Assembly (NCBI RefSeq): GCF_006345805.1
Contig: NC_042999.1
Location: forward strand, 38,068,001-38,132,000
Direction of reading: 5' to 3'
Length of the DNA stretch: 64,000 nt
Origin: Octopus sinensis
Taxonomy: Eukaryota
The notes under the pieces are model-generated. The model was given only the letters and a program-made list of their open reading frames with translations, searched no databases and was not told where the DNA came from. Shown here one piece after another: positions 14,218 through 27,481 of the stretch. Numbering within the stretch: position 1 is the first letter of the stretch; each line of letters starts with the position of its first letter. The translations under genes and the position numbers were made by a program.

Positions 14218-15789
14218 TTTCAAAAAAATATTTTTTACAAGCTAATTGGTTAAAATAAAGGTGGGATCTATACCAGTAATATCGGTGCGCCCGGCAGCCC
14301 GTGACGTTTAAGATGCATTCTGATTAGTCAAAAAAGTATTCGAAAATTTCTGCGTGTCGGAGCCTTCTCAAAATTATATAAGTGAAGATGTCAGTCATTT
14401 TACTACAGATGTCAAGTACTCAACTTAACTGTCAGTCAATAAATTTTGAAATCTGATGATTTCTACGAATGTATGAAAGCGCTACTTGAATTTTCTGAAC
14501 ATTGCAAAATATTTCTTTAATTTTTAACACACTTCAACATTCTAAAAAAAAAAAACTTTTTAAATACAATAATAAATACATGGAAACCAGACCATTTTGT
14601 AATTTTATTCAACTGATTCATATATATATGTGTGTGTGTGTTTGTGTGTGTGGCACACACACAAACAAATCCCAGCCACATGCCAATCATTATTATAAAG
14701 TTTGCAGAAGTACACAGAGAGGCACACAATTATCAAAACCGTCCATTACTGTAAAGATAGTCTAACTATAAATGCTGCCAGTGAGGGAGAACTATACAAG
14801 GAACATGCACACACCTCTGAAAACAGCAGAAGATATTCTCGTTTAACCTACCGTTCAATCTGCATATATATATATATATATATAGCTAGGAAATTATTAT
14901 TGCTACCGTCGCATAAATGCAATTCGTCAATGTCAGGGGAGATAAATTAGTTGTTTCTGCTAGGATAATATCGGTTCCGAATCATTCCCTCCAAGTCACA
15001 TCGTGACTGCCAGAACAACGCATGGACTTCCCACATTAGCTAACGAATAGTATCTTACTTTAGGAAAATCGTAATTCAAAGCAGATTAGTATTAACAACA
15101 CCGGGCTATACTTAGTGGAAATTTTACGCGTATTGGAAGGAAGTACAGTAAACTATTTTAATACCCTTTATTTAAAACAACTACACTTATTTAGATGAAG
15201 AGTGAGGAAAATATATGTAAATCCTAGCTGCAATTCGTCTACAGTCTTATAGATCATGGATTGTAACCTATTCTAATAACATTGGGGAACAAGCGACAAA
15301 AGCACACATCACCAAAGGATCCGACGTTACAGCGTATGGCATGCATAACTGGAAAAATTCTGGCCGCAGTCGAATGACCGAAACATGTAAAAGAGTATAT
15401 CACAACGCGCTGATAATCGGTGATCCGAGGACTTATAGAATTAAAATCGCGGAAGATTCCTTTTGGAAACTTTCCATACACCTGAGGAACATGACAAATG
15501 TTAAAATCCATAAGCCTTGCAAAGTAACAGCTTCTCGACGATGATTAAACGCCTGAGTTTGTGTGCTCTTCTTTACGCTATAACAGTCTGGATGGCAACA
15601 TCTCATGTCAGCCATATGATCTACTTTAACTCGCGAAAATCGGCCTTGTAATTACTTTAAGAAAATATAGCTTCATTCAGCTTTCTTATGTTGCCCGATC
15701 TCTCTACAATGTTTTTTGCGTATCAGAGGATAATATATGTATGTGGCACTCTTCTTACATACCTATGGCTGCCTCCTTACATATGTACG

Positions 15790-15960
15790 TACGTACCTGC
15801 CTGCCTACCAACTTACCCACCTGCCTGCCTGCCTACCCACCTACCTTCCTACCAACCTACCTACCTACCTACCTACCACCTACCTACCTACCTACCTACC
15901 TACCTACCTACATACATACATACATACATACATACATACATACATACCTGCCTACCAACT
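15790..15960. repeat. Compound (CCTG)/(CCTA)n/(CATA)n microsatellite
   Basis: Read directly; source of the PTYL-repeat ORFs. Confidence 0.95.
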
Positions 15961-17129
15961 AACCTACATATTTTCATACATACATAACAACATACCTACA
16001 TATATACACAGAGATATACGTACAAATGCATATAAGTATATGTGTGTGTATATATATATATGAACATACATATTATATATGTATAATATATATCTGTATC
16101 TTTATCAATACATATGTGTATGTGTGTGTGTATACAAACACATCGTCTATATTCTCATGTGCACAGACATACACAAATTTTCCTATACGCACAACATATA
16201 TACAACATATAACAATATATATATACGTGTATATATATGTACTTACCTGTATATGTGTGTGTGTATGAGTGTATATATATGTGTGTGTATGTTTGTGTGT
16301 GTTTGTCTGTGTGACTCTGTGTGTGTCTCTGTGTGCTTGTTGATAACATAAACTACTATAGAGAATTCGAAGTGGAATTAACTTCAGTTTCGTTGCTATT
16401 AATTCTTCATATTTTTATTCTTTTAATTTCCATCCTTTTCTTTTCTTTCACCTGTTTTTCTAAATTTTCGTCATAAAATTTTTTTTGCTATCTTTTATTT
16501 CTTTCATTTCCCTCTGGTTCTTGTTTATGCTTTGTATTTTTATAAGTTACTTAATGACTTTGCAGACATGATTTAAATTGCTTAGGATAAAACGAGGAAA
16601 ATTGCCAACCACCAACACACTTATCGCCATCTTTAACAACGGTAACAACAACAGCAACGACAGAAATAGGAAGAGAGAGAGAGAGAGAGAGGGAGAGAAA
16701 TTAAGAGAGATTAAGACAGAGAGCAGAGAGGAAAATGGTGCTTTCAAGAAAAGTAATAAAAGAATAAAAGCTATACAGAGGAATAAATGGTGCCTGTCTA
16801 TGACAAGAAATAGACCGATCTGTTAATTATCCAATATGATGAATTCTAAAACCACAACGATATTAGATAAAAATGGTTATATCCGTGATATAAATCGCCA
16901 TAATTGCCAAAAATCTATTTTCATACTGTGTCTAGGAATCCGTATTTCATCTAATAATAGCAAGATGTAAAAAGAAATCATGTCATTTTCTGAGAAAAAT
17001 CTTCAGAAAATCGGCAATTAATAATGGCAGTGTATATCAAAAGATATTTCCTTTGGTTTTAACTTGTCCATTCATACTAACAAGGAAACCAAGGTGTGTT
17101 GGTGTGTGGTATGTAGGAGTAAAGGAGTT

Positions 17130-17183
17130 CTGGCAAAGGAAGGAGGTGTGGGAAATTTGTGGAGAAGATGACTTAGCAAAGTA

Positions 17184-17224
<41 letters not shown>

Positions 17225-18300
17225 GTAATGAATAAAATAAGGAAACGGAGAAGAAAAAGAGAAAGAAACAAATGAAGAAAGGCAAGAATGTAAAAAGAAA
17301 GACAAACGAAGAAAGAAGGAACAATGTATGTAAGAAAGAAATGAAGAAAGAAAAAGCCAAACACAGGTTGAAGAAAAAGCGATGAAAAAAGAATCGAAGA
17401 ACGAAAAAATAGGAAAGGAAGGAACGAAAGATGCAGAATGGATAAAGGATGAATCTACGGACACAGAAAGAAAAGAATTGATGAAGACAGCAGTATAAAA
17501 TCCGAAGACACCAAAGCAGTATAAAATCCGAGAAAAGAAAGAAATAAGAAGGAAAGAATGACTGAAAAAATGAAAAAGTTAGAATGAAAGAGAATAATAA
17601 GGAAATGAAGAAACTAACGCGGAAGAAAGACGAATGGAAAAAGGAAACGGGTGACAAAAAATAAAGGAAGCTAGGAAAAACAGAAGAAAATATTTTGGAT
17701 AAATGAATGAAAGAATTAATGAAGGAAAAGATAAAAGGGAAAGGAAGAAAATATAACAACAGAATAAAAGAAAGAAGGAACGAAAGAAAACACGAAAAAT
17801 CTGAGAAAGAGAGAAAGAAATATATTAGGAAGAAAATTGAACGATAGAAAGGAAGCAAACAAAATCGGGGAAAAACAGCAAAAATTAAATGAAAAACAGA
17901 ATATAAGGGGAAAAAAAGAAAAGGAAGAAGCAAAAACAGACTAAAAAGTAAAACTCAGAACTGAGAACTAAAGAAGAATGTAAACTCAAATTCATGAAAA
18001 GCAGAATAAAATGAAAGGATTAGAACATCCACCCCGTAAAGGTAAGAAACAATGGAGTTATAATAATAAACATATGAGATAAGGATGGACCATAATAAAG
18101 ATTGAAATAATAAAAGATTAAGAGAAGATAAAGGGAAGAAAAGTGGGGTAAATAAAGTAGAGGTGAGAGTGACGATACATTTGATAGATTCTTGACCTTT
18201 ATTTAAAGAAAAACGAAAACGTTATCATTAGGAAAAATGGATGAAAGAAAAAAGGAGACACATCTGATGAAACGTAATTGAGTTACATAAAATAATTACA
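17130..18300. repeat. Long purine-rich (plus) / pyrimidine-rich (minus) low-complexity tract
   Basis: Dominated by gaaa/aagaa/ggaa motifs; explains the Phe/Ser/Leu-rich 298-aa minus-strand ORF. Confidence 0.9.
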
Positions 18301-18327
18301 TAGATATATAGACATATGCATATATAC

Positions 18328-18398
<71 letters not shown>

Positions 18399-18414
18399 AT
18401 ATATAATATAATTC

Positions 18415-18545
18415 GAGACAAAACCACTATTTTGCAAATCAAACAAGGAAAGACTTAATCAATACATAAACATTTTTAATATAAAGAAATAAACCGCCAC
18501 TACAATCGTTTCATGTCTTCAATGACATTCGTCGGGTGGATTTTC
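18415..18545 (-). mobile_element. Short repeat with degenerate hammerhead-like motif (family H3)
   Basis: Minus strand: ccac-CCGACGA-ATGTC-attgaa-GACAT-GAA-acgat-t-gtagtgg; 5-bp helix II intact, helices I and III imperfect; ends at (TA)n. Confidence 0.5.
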
Positions 18546-18662
18546 GATCTCCTAATCTGTTTTAATTTATGAAGTGAATTCAAACTCTAGCCGTTATAAC
18601 TTTAAACAAGATTACGTTACCATAGGAACCGAACATATCTACTTCGGGAATTCCATAGTGAG

Positions 18663-18727
<65 letters not shown>

Positions 18728-18744
18728 TAATAATGATAATAATG

Positions 18745-18776
<32 letters not shown>

Positions 18777-18820
18777 TCTTAAGTAACGAAAAGATGGATA
18801 TGGTATTAATCTATATTTTG

Positions 18821-18925
18821 TATATAGGTCGTTTCGACCTATCCTGCTATTGATCCTTATGGGTGGGACTCCTTTCCAAATGTTGTGTTACATCAATTAT
18901 GCAGTCTGGGTCTCATCAGGTATAT
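18821..18925 (-). ncRNA. Hammerhead-ribozyme-like motif with canonical core and long helix II insert
   Basis: Minus strand: atatac-CTGATGA-GACC-(~67 nt)-GGTC-GAAAC-gac-ctatat; canonical CUGAUGA, G10.1-C11.1 and GAAA, but cleavage triplet altered (GAC rather than GUC). Confidence 0.55.
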
Positions 18926-19386
18926 CTATACACAAAAGCTTGCGTCTCACTAAAGATAAATAGTTTTCGCTGTCATGTTGTTATATGCCCGTCTGGTTAG
19001 GGAATGAAGCATCACTACAATATTATGTTACTGTTATCTTTTTTCAATAATAGTTGCAAACACTCGTAAATGTATACAAATTATTGTTGATAACAAAAAA
19101 TAAATTGTTGATTTAAAAAGAAGCATAACAAATGAGTTATGTAAAGAGGCATAACATGCCTTCTATATCTTTACATCTTGTGTGCAGATATTGATGCTCA
19201 CATATGCTGAGATACGTAAATTTACAATGCAGCTATATACTCCTCCTCCTCCTCCTCCTACTACTACTACTACTACTACTACACTACTACTACTACTACT
19301 ACTACTACTAATAATAATAATAATAATATTAATATTAATAATAATAATAATAATTATAATTATAATAATATTTACTAACCAAAATA

Positions 19387-19920
19387 GGCTCAGGCATGGC
19401 TGAGTGGTAAGAAGTTTGCTTCGAAATCACATGGTTCCGGGTCGGTCCCATTGTGTGGATTTAGTAGACAGAAACTGAAAGAAGCCCGTCGTTTATTTAT
19501 ATATATATAGTTAATCCAAACAAGAAAGCACAAAAAAAACGTGAGGACGTGGAACAAATATAGTATTATTGGACGCTCAGGAAAGAAGGAAAGAAGGAGG
19601 GTTTAACATTTCGAGCAGAGCTCTTCGTCAGAAACATAGGAGAAGGAAAGATCCAGAGAAGGGAAGATAGAGGAAAAAAATCGCCAACGGTACACACGCG
19701 GTCACATATATATATATATTTATATACTTGTGTGTGTGTCTGTGCCTTTCCCGCCTCCCATAGCTTGACAACCGATGTTGGTGTGTTTACGTCCCCGTAA
19801 CTTAGCGATACAGCAAAAGAGTCCGAAGGGATATTACTAGGTTTACATGCAATAAGTCCCGGGATCGATTTGTTCGACCAATACAATTTAAGACGGTACT
19901 CCAGCATGGCCGCAGTTAAA
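19387..19920 (+). mobile_element. SINE family B copy interrupted by an H1 repeat
   Basis: Head ggctcaggcatggctgagtggtaag, body gaaactgaaagaagcccgtcg, tail ccagcatggccgcagt; H1 element nested in its internal (TA)n. Confidence 0.85.
19510..19706 (-). mobile_element. H1 repeat with intact-core minimal hammerhead (19601-19635)
   Basis: Minus strand: GTTT-CTGACGA-A-GAGC-tct-GCTC-GAA-ATGT-T-AAAC. Confidence 0.8.
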
Positions 19921-20418
19921 AGAATAGTCATTGCTTCAAATACTAACGAGTCTGGAGGGATCCGTAGCTGTAACCGGGATGACAGATGATGTATGTGTAC
20001 ATGTGCATTTATATGTGAGCGGGTGTGCGAGTGTAGATATACGCATAGATGAGTGCCTGTGTGTGTTGGTAGGGCGCGGTGTGTAATCGTATGGCGCACG
20101 CGCATGTATGTGCATATATATGTGGATCGCACATGCAAGTGTGTCTAAATGTGTGTGTAAATGTATATATTAAGGTGGATATATATATACAGCATGCCCC
20201 TCCCCAAAATACTTTGAATAGGTAGGTGTTTATTAAAATACATTTCATTTTCAAAACTTAATAGAATCTACATGCATTACTTTATTGTTTTGTCAACGCT
20301 TGTTTTCAAATCTGGTCCAGATTTGCCTATGTATTGTTATTATTCATTTGTATGTATGTGTCTATGTATGTATGTATGTATGTATGTATGTATGTATGTA
20401 TGTATGTATGTATGTATG

Positions 20419-20453
<35 letters not shown>

Positions 20454-20496
20454 ATCTATATATATACATATATATATATATATATACACGCACACG

Positions 20497-20559
<63 letters not shown>

Positions 20560-20562
<3 letters not shown>

Positions 20563-21432
20563 ACAATTTAATAAATAAAACATATGCATATATACATACA
20601 TATATATATACATACCTACATCTATATGTATATATACATGCATATATGAGTACAGGTAACCACAGATAAACGTAGAACACAACGAGAAACGAAAACATGA
20701 AATCAAACAAGGAAACGGACTTTTTTTTAACAACGATAAAACAGAGTACAGGACAAACAATACAAGGAAAATTCCTCTTCATCAGCTGCCCCTGGTTCGA
20801 CTCAGTGCGTGTTCCGAAGGTAAGGGCAGCACACGATCCGGCCGAAGCAGACCTTCCTGCAAAGGGAATTAAATAAAATTCTTTTGCAGAGAGGTAAAAC
20901 AAGTGACAAGAACAGGACGTAAAAGCAATACAAATGAAGAAAAACAGTACAAATAAAGAATAACAGGACAAGGAAACCAACAATAAGGGCTTTTTTAAAG
21001 CCTAGACGGTGGAAAAATTCGTTAAAACGCATGTGAAAAATCGGCTTGCGGAAGACAGAAGTTGTTGTTGACTTGCTGAAAGCAGCGGACAGAAAGAAAC
21101 ATTCGTAGCACTCCGGTCAGTAGCCAGAGAGAGGAGGAGGATGAGGTGGAGAGAGAGAGAGAGAGAGGGAGAGAGGAAAAGAAACCTGAAAGGGTGAAAA
21201 ATAAGAAGGAGAGAGACAGGTAGAGAGGAAGACAGACAAGCAGGGTGGAAAGGTCAAGTTAAGAGTTAAGAGTGCGCGTCATAATTATTCAAATAAAAAC
21301 TTACTTGAAGAGAAAACAACGTGTGCGTTCAGTCATATAATAACAATTTAATAAATAAAACATATGCATATATACATACATATATGTACATACCTACATC
21401 TATATGTATATATACATGCATATATGAGTACA
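20560..21432. mobile_element. 685-bp insert (20655-21339) flanked by 95/93-bp direct repeats
   Basis: ataacaatttaataaataaaacatatgc...gcatatatgagtaca at 20560-20654 and 21340-21432, differing by about one substitution and a 2-bp indel. Confidence 0.75.
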
Positions 21433-21453
21433 TATATATATATATATATATAT

Positions 21454-21516
<63 letters not shown>

Positions 21517-21525
21517 TATAATATA

Positions 21526-21564
<39 letters not shown>

Positions 21565-21683
21565 ATATATATATATATACATATATATATAATGTGTGTA
21601 TGCGCGTCTGAATTTGCATTAATATGTGTATGTATATACATATGTATAGATATATATATCTCTCTATATATATGTATACATGT

Positions 21684-21776
<93 letters not shown>

Positions 21777-22680
21777 CCTAGTACATATATCTAAGTAAAT
21801 ACTTTCGTTTCTGTGAATTACCTAGATATATGTTTTTAACTTACCCCTTTTCATGTACTTGATAATATTTTGTGTATGCATTCTTGTAAGCTTTCATATA
21901 TTTGTTCTTCTCTAAAGAAGATACAGCTGAAAGTATGTATATAATACATACTTATGTTTGTGCGTGTGCCAATACATGCTTATGTTTGTGTGTGTGAGTG
22001 TGTGTATTAACATATATGTGAATATGCGCCTGCGTGTGTGTTCGTGTGTGTGTGGTATATATATATATATATACGCACATCCATACTCACATATATGTAA
22101 ATAAATATAAAGCTATAATGTACATCTGCATTTAGTTATTTATTGCTATATATTTTACTTATATGTTCTCGTGCGCATGTATTCGTACAAAAAATACGCA
22201 GGCATTTTAAGTTCTCGTTATATTTTATTTGCTCACAGTTTAAAATTCTTTTTGAACGCAGTGGCTGTTTAAAAGTTACGCACTTTTCACGTGACACCCT
22301 GATTAAATTTTTCAACGAACGTTCAAGAAAGAATGGCAATTCTGTCTATGTAAAGAAAATAACCTAGCTTTGAAGACACCTTGTTAAGTGGTATGCATAA
22401 AACACTCGGTCCACGTTTCACTTTTGTAAATTTTCCCGCATAAAAATTAAACACACACCCTCGTACATACACATACATTTGTGTGTGTGTGTATATATAT
22501 TATATATATATATATATATAATTATATATATATATACATATATGTATGTATATATACATATATACATATATACACCACATATATATACATATATATATAT
22601 ATATGTATATATATATGTATATATATATATATGTATATATATATATGTATATATATATATATTATAATATATATATATAT

Positions 22681-22712
<32 letters not shown>

Positions 22713-22755
22713 AATAGAAATATTAAAATTACTAAGTCTCTCTAAAGGAGAATAC

Positions 22756-23072
22756 GGCAGCGTTACAGGATATTAATAGTTATTGCCATACTAATATGTC
22801 AGTCTATAAATATAAGACTAAAGATGTCGCTGATTAGCTCCAAGAGGCCATCGCCTCTAGCTAGCTATATGACACACGAACCTGCGTCCATTACAACCTT
22901 CGAACAGGGGAGGTCAGCCGCTTCACCTTGCTAGTCAGACATCCGCAGAAATGTTTCAGGGTTGTTGCCCTTTATCAATGCAGCGTAGTCAGAACCAGCA
23001 GGTGTCGCTACTGACATATTTATAGACTGACTATTAGTATGGCGATAACTATTAATATCCAGTAACGCTGCC
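22756..23072 (-). mobile_element. 317-bp fold-back element with 58-bp inverted arms and internal hammerhead-like motif
   Basis: Arms 22756-22813 and 23016-23072 (2 mismatches, 1 indel); minus strand 22978-22938 reads TTGATAA-AGGG-caacaa-CCCT-GAA-ACAT-ttctgcgg-ATGT-C. No TSD seen. Confidence 0.75.
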
Positions 23073-23152
23073 TTGTTTCACATTTATGTTTTTACTCCTG
23101 TATATATATATATTATATATATATATATATATATACATACATATATATATAT

Positions 23153-23318
23153 GTCTTCCCTTCTCTGGATCTTTCCTTTTCCTATGTTTCCGACGAAGAG
23201 CTCCGCTCGAAACGTTAAACCCTCCTTCTTCCCTTCTTTCATGAGCGTCCAATAATACTATATTTGTTCCACGTCCTCGCGTTGTTGTGTTTTTTGGTAC
23301 TTTCATGTTTGGATTAAC
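23153..23318 (+). mobile_element. H1 repeat with minimal hammerhead (23186-23220), U4C variant
   Basis: GTTT-CCGACGA-A-GAGC-tcc-GCTC-GAA-ACGT-T-AAAC; embedded in (TA)n. Confidence 0.8.
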
Positions 23319-23351
23319 TTTATATATATAATTAAATATGTATAATCATGC

Positions 23352-23382
<31 letters not shown>

Positions 23383-23781
23383 TGTATGTATGTATGTATG
23401 TATGTATGTATGTATGAAAGAGACTTTGGAGTGATACATTATCAGGGTGGCACCGTTTTAGCTCTCAGTTACGTTCCAGTTAACAGCTAACCAATAAGAT
23501 CAGTATTTAACGTCTGTGACGACTATTTGTTGCTTTCCAATGGGTAATTCGGTGTACCCTGCGCTGCTTAGTAAAATTGTCGTGGAAGGACCCTAATGAA
23601 GATACGCCGACAATAGTCTTAGGGTTAGGGTTAGGTAATCGCGGAACAATAAACATGTGTATGTCCCTATAATATACTGTATATAGCTATAAAATAAATT
23701 CTGTGAATGTGCAAGGTCTATACTCTATTATTAATAATGATATGTATGCATATATATATATTTGTATGTATCTGACTGTAT

Positions 23782-24185
23782 TGTTAGTACGCCGGTCGAA
23801 ATGCTTAACGAGCTGGCAGAAACGTTAGCACGCCGGGCGAAATGCGTAGCCGTATTTCGTCTGTCGTTACGTTCCGAGTTCAAATTCCGCCGAGGTCGAC
23901 TTTGCCTTTCATTCTTTCGGGGTCGATAAATTAAGTACCAGTTACACACTGGGGTCGATGTAATCGACTTAATCCGTTTGTCTGTCCTTGTTTGTCCTCT
24001 CTGTGTTTAGCCCCTTGTGGGTAGTAAAAGAAATAGGTATTTTATACGACTTTATCTTCTTCGTTTAAATTCCGACGAGGTCGACTTTGACTTTCTTCCA
24101 TTTGGGATCAGTTGAATAGATATCAATGGAGCGCTGGAGTCAATATAATCGATTTACACCTTCCCCAACATTTCTGGTGTCATAC
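23782..24185 (+). mobile_element. Young SINE family C copy (23808-24035) nested inside an older related SINE
   Basis: Old head tgttagtacgccggtcgaaatgctta, then a well-conserved full copy, then the old body resumes at ggtatttt... aaattccgacgaggtcgactttgac. Confidence 0.8.
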
Positions 24186-24219
24186 ACATAATTGAAACCA
24201 ACATATCTACATGTATATA

Positions 24220-24279
<60 letters not shown>

Positions 24280-24282
24280 CAA

Positions 24283-24322
<40 letters not shown>

Positions 24323-25017
24323 GCATGTACACACGTATCTATTTATCTAAAATTATAGAACAGAATTCATTCACGATGTTTTGAATGCATAAACATGTGC
24401 ATACTCTTAATATGCACGTATAGTAAATGGATCGTAACACAAATATACTTCTCTTCCTGTCTCTACAGATATACATGTATATACACCCATTTAGTCTTAT
24501 ATAATGCAATTGCATGTTATTCTTTGAGCACATGTATTAAAGTTATAGGAACGTATATTTCCTTTCCTTGTACAAATAGCAAAATAATGGAAATAAGTAA
24601 AATACTTTTTTTTTTTAAAGCTCTGCAACTTGGAATGATAAAAAAACACGCCCAAAAAAATATCGAAAGCATACAAATATATCTTGCGTAGATCTAAGAA
24701 ATAAACTGAATTACTTTCACACATCTGTTGAATTTCTGAATGATAAAAACCTATATTAAATTCAGGATTGTGACACGATGGGTTCCATAACCATCAATCA
24801 ATTTATCACAAACGTGCGCACACTATACTATACGCTTGAGACTTCGTATACGTACACATATATACACTCATACGCACACGCACAACTTACACCCACTCAC
24901 ACAAACGCAGTGCTTGTTCGGTTTTGAGAATATGCCTTTCTAAATAATAATGGCCTGCGGATTGGAGACACACGTTTGTGTGTGTGTTTGTGTGTGTGCG
25001 CGCACACACGTGCATAG

Positions 25018-25055
<38 letters not shown>

Positions 25056-25261
25056 ATATATATATATATATATATATACACACAGATATATATGTATGTA
25101 TATATATATATATACATGCATAAATATATACAATATCTATATACACGTATATATATATACATGTATACGCAAGTGTATGTATATATAAATATAGATGTAT
25201 ATAAGTATATTAATATATAAATGTATATATGTATATATATATATATATGTATATATTTTTT

Positions 25262-25299
<38 letters not shown>

Positions 25300-25668
25300 T
25301 ATATACATGTGCACTGAGATGGATATGGTGCACAGGATTGTATATGCTTATATTGTAATCCATATACATTTGGGCGCCTGTTTTGCAGGAATGTTACATA
25401 AGTGCATATCTTTGTAAAGAGAAAGTGATAGTCTTTGTGAGATTTTTATGCGTTTTTTAAAGATCGGAATAGCTCTGATGCAAGAATACTGAGATGTTCA
25501 ATATTCACAATCTAACTGACGATTGTCAGAATAGTTTTGGAATAGTTTTAATTCAATATGATAAATACGTGTGATTGTATGTATTCCGGGTGTTAAATAG
25601 ACCTAGGTAAATTTGTTGCTTTCAGTATTCTAAGTATGTCCTGTGAGTGTATATATATATATATGCAT

Positions 25669-26050
25669 GGAGGCGCAATGGCCCAGTGGTTAGGGCAGCG
25701 GACTCGCGGTCGTAGGATCGGGGTTTCGATTCCCAGACCGGGCGTTGTTAGTGTTTATTGAGCGAAAACACCTAAAAGCTCCACGAGGCTCCGGCAGGGA
25801 TGGTGGTGATCCCTGCTGTACTCTTTCACCACAACTTTCTCTCACTCTTACTTCCTGCTACTGTTGTACCTGTATTTCAAAGGGCCGGCCTTGTCACTCT
25901 CTGTGTCACGCTGAATATCCCCGAGAACTACGTTAAGGGTACACGTGTCTGTGGAGTGCTCAGCCACTTACACGTTAATTTCACGAGCAGGCTGTTCCGT
26001 TGATCGGATCAACCGGAACCCTCGTCGTCGTAACCGACGGAGAGCTTCCA
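25669..26050 (+). mobile_element. SINE family A full-length copy (tail type 2)
   Basis: tRNA A/B boxes; homologous along its length to 54266-54649; apparent TSD atatatatgcat. Confidence 0.92.
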
Positions 26051-26456
26051 TCATATATATGCATATGTATATTGTGTATCACACTTTACTTGTTTTAGTC
26101 ATTAGACATTTTGGGGCATTGCTTATCAATTTTAGTAACAACGAATCGTCATTCATTACTTATTTACTAAAGCCTGCTACTTTCTGTGTCGAATCTCCTT
26201 TGCAGCACCGCTAAGTTATAGAGACGTAAATAAAGCAACACTAGTTGTCAAGGGGTGTAGAGGAGAAACACAAAGACAGAAACATGCTTATACATTCATA
26301 CATACACACATACATACATACATATATATATGTACACATGTATATATATGTATATATGAATATACGTATACATATATATATATATTTACCAGGTGGTGCT
26401 ATTAAGTTAGACATGGCCTGGGCCAATAATGGCCGAAACCTATCAAAGTATCAAAG

Positions 26457-26493
<37 letters not shown>

Positions 26494-26585
26494 GTATATA
26501 TCTATATCTATACCTCTCTCTCTCTCTATATATATATATATATGTATGTATATATGTATATATATATGTATAATGTATATACATA

Positions 26586-26637
<52 letters not shown>

Positions 26638-26640
26638 TGG

Positions 26641-26700
26641 ACTGAACCAGGAACCGTGTGTTGGTAAGCAAGCTACTTACCACACAGCCACTCCTGCGCC
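26641..26700 (-). mobile_element. SINE family B head fragment
   Basis: Reverse complement of ggcgcaggagtggctgtgtggtaagtagcttgcttaccaac. Confidence 0.85.
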
Positions 26701-26782
26701 TTAACCTAGTATATAGTACGCACTAGTGATTTTGACCTTTAAATTTTAGGAAAAAATGCAGATTATACTCGAGGATTTACGG
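26701..26782. mobile_element. Right end of the same Tc2-like MITE as 3243-3763
   Basis: ttaacct.gtata.agtacgca...gcagattatactcgaggatttacgg|ta matches about 3682-3763. Confidence 0.85.
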
Positions 26783-27230
26783 TATATATTAGTTAATATT
26801 ATTTTTCAGTAAACACAATATATGTTTTTATGTGCTGCTATTAGTTTCATATGTGTGTGTATGTATCAAGGTGTTGAGCTCTCATATTCGTATTTTAGGT
26901 ATGATTAATTGTAAGTAGGTTCATTACTTTCATTCTAATTCATTCTAACCCATGGTCTCTCCTTCAGTCAAATAACAAAATGTATTCCGATGCAAGTAAG
27001 CGAAATAGAGTTTAATGAGCGAGATACCTTTTGATAAGCCACCTGATGCGGTACATCTGCACCGAATAATGTAATATAGCCAGTTGTACAGAATATCACT
27101 CGCCTGTAACCGATACATGGCGTGTCATAGCGTTTAATAAAGAATCTCGTGAATTTCATTTTCTCTTATTGTTATGTTAGGTATTTGTATATACGTGTGT
27201 ATGTAATTATGTGTGCATGTATGTCTGCAT

Positions 27231-27397
27231 GGCGCAGGAGCAGCGGTGTAGTAAGTAGCTTGCTTAACAACCATATGGTTCTGAGTTCAGTCCCACTGCA
27301 TGTCACCTTGGGCAAGTGTCTTCTACTATAGCCTCGGGCCCACCAAAGCCTTGTGAGTGGATTTGTTAGACGAAAACCGAAAGAAGCGAGTCATATA

Positions 27398-27481
<84 letters not shown>

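Noticed and set aside
17037-17933. Longest ORF (298 aa, Phe/Ser/Leu-rich) as a membrane protein
   Set aside because: It arises from a pyrimidine-rich strand that lacks stop codons for compositional reasons.
20760-20790. CTGATGAAGAGG on the minus strand as a hammerhead
   Set aside because: No GAAA/helix III follows anywhere downstream in the insert.
21440-21780. Recurrent TT/AA interruptions in long (TA)n tracts as a coded pattern
   Set aside because: Consistent with slippage or long-read consensus indels; no periodicity seen.
23619-23635. TTAGGG telomeric repeats
   Set aside because: Fewer than three units; too short to call an interstitial telomere.
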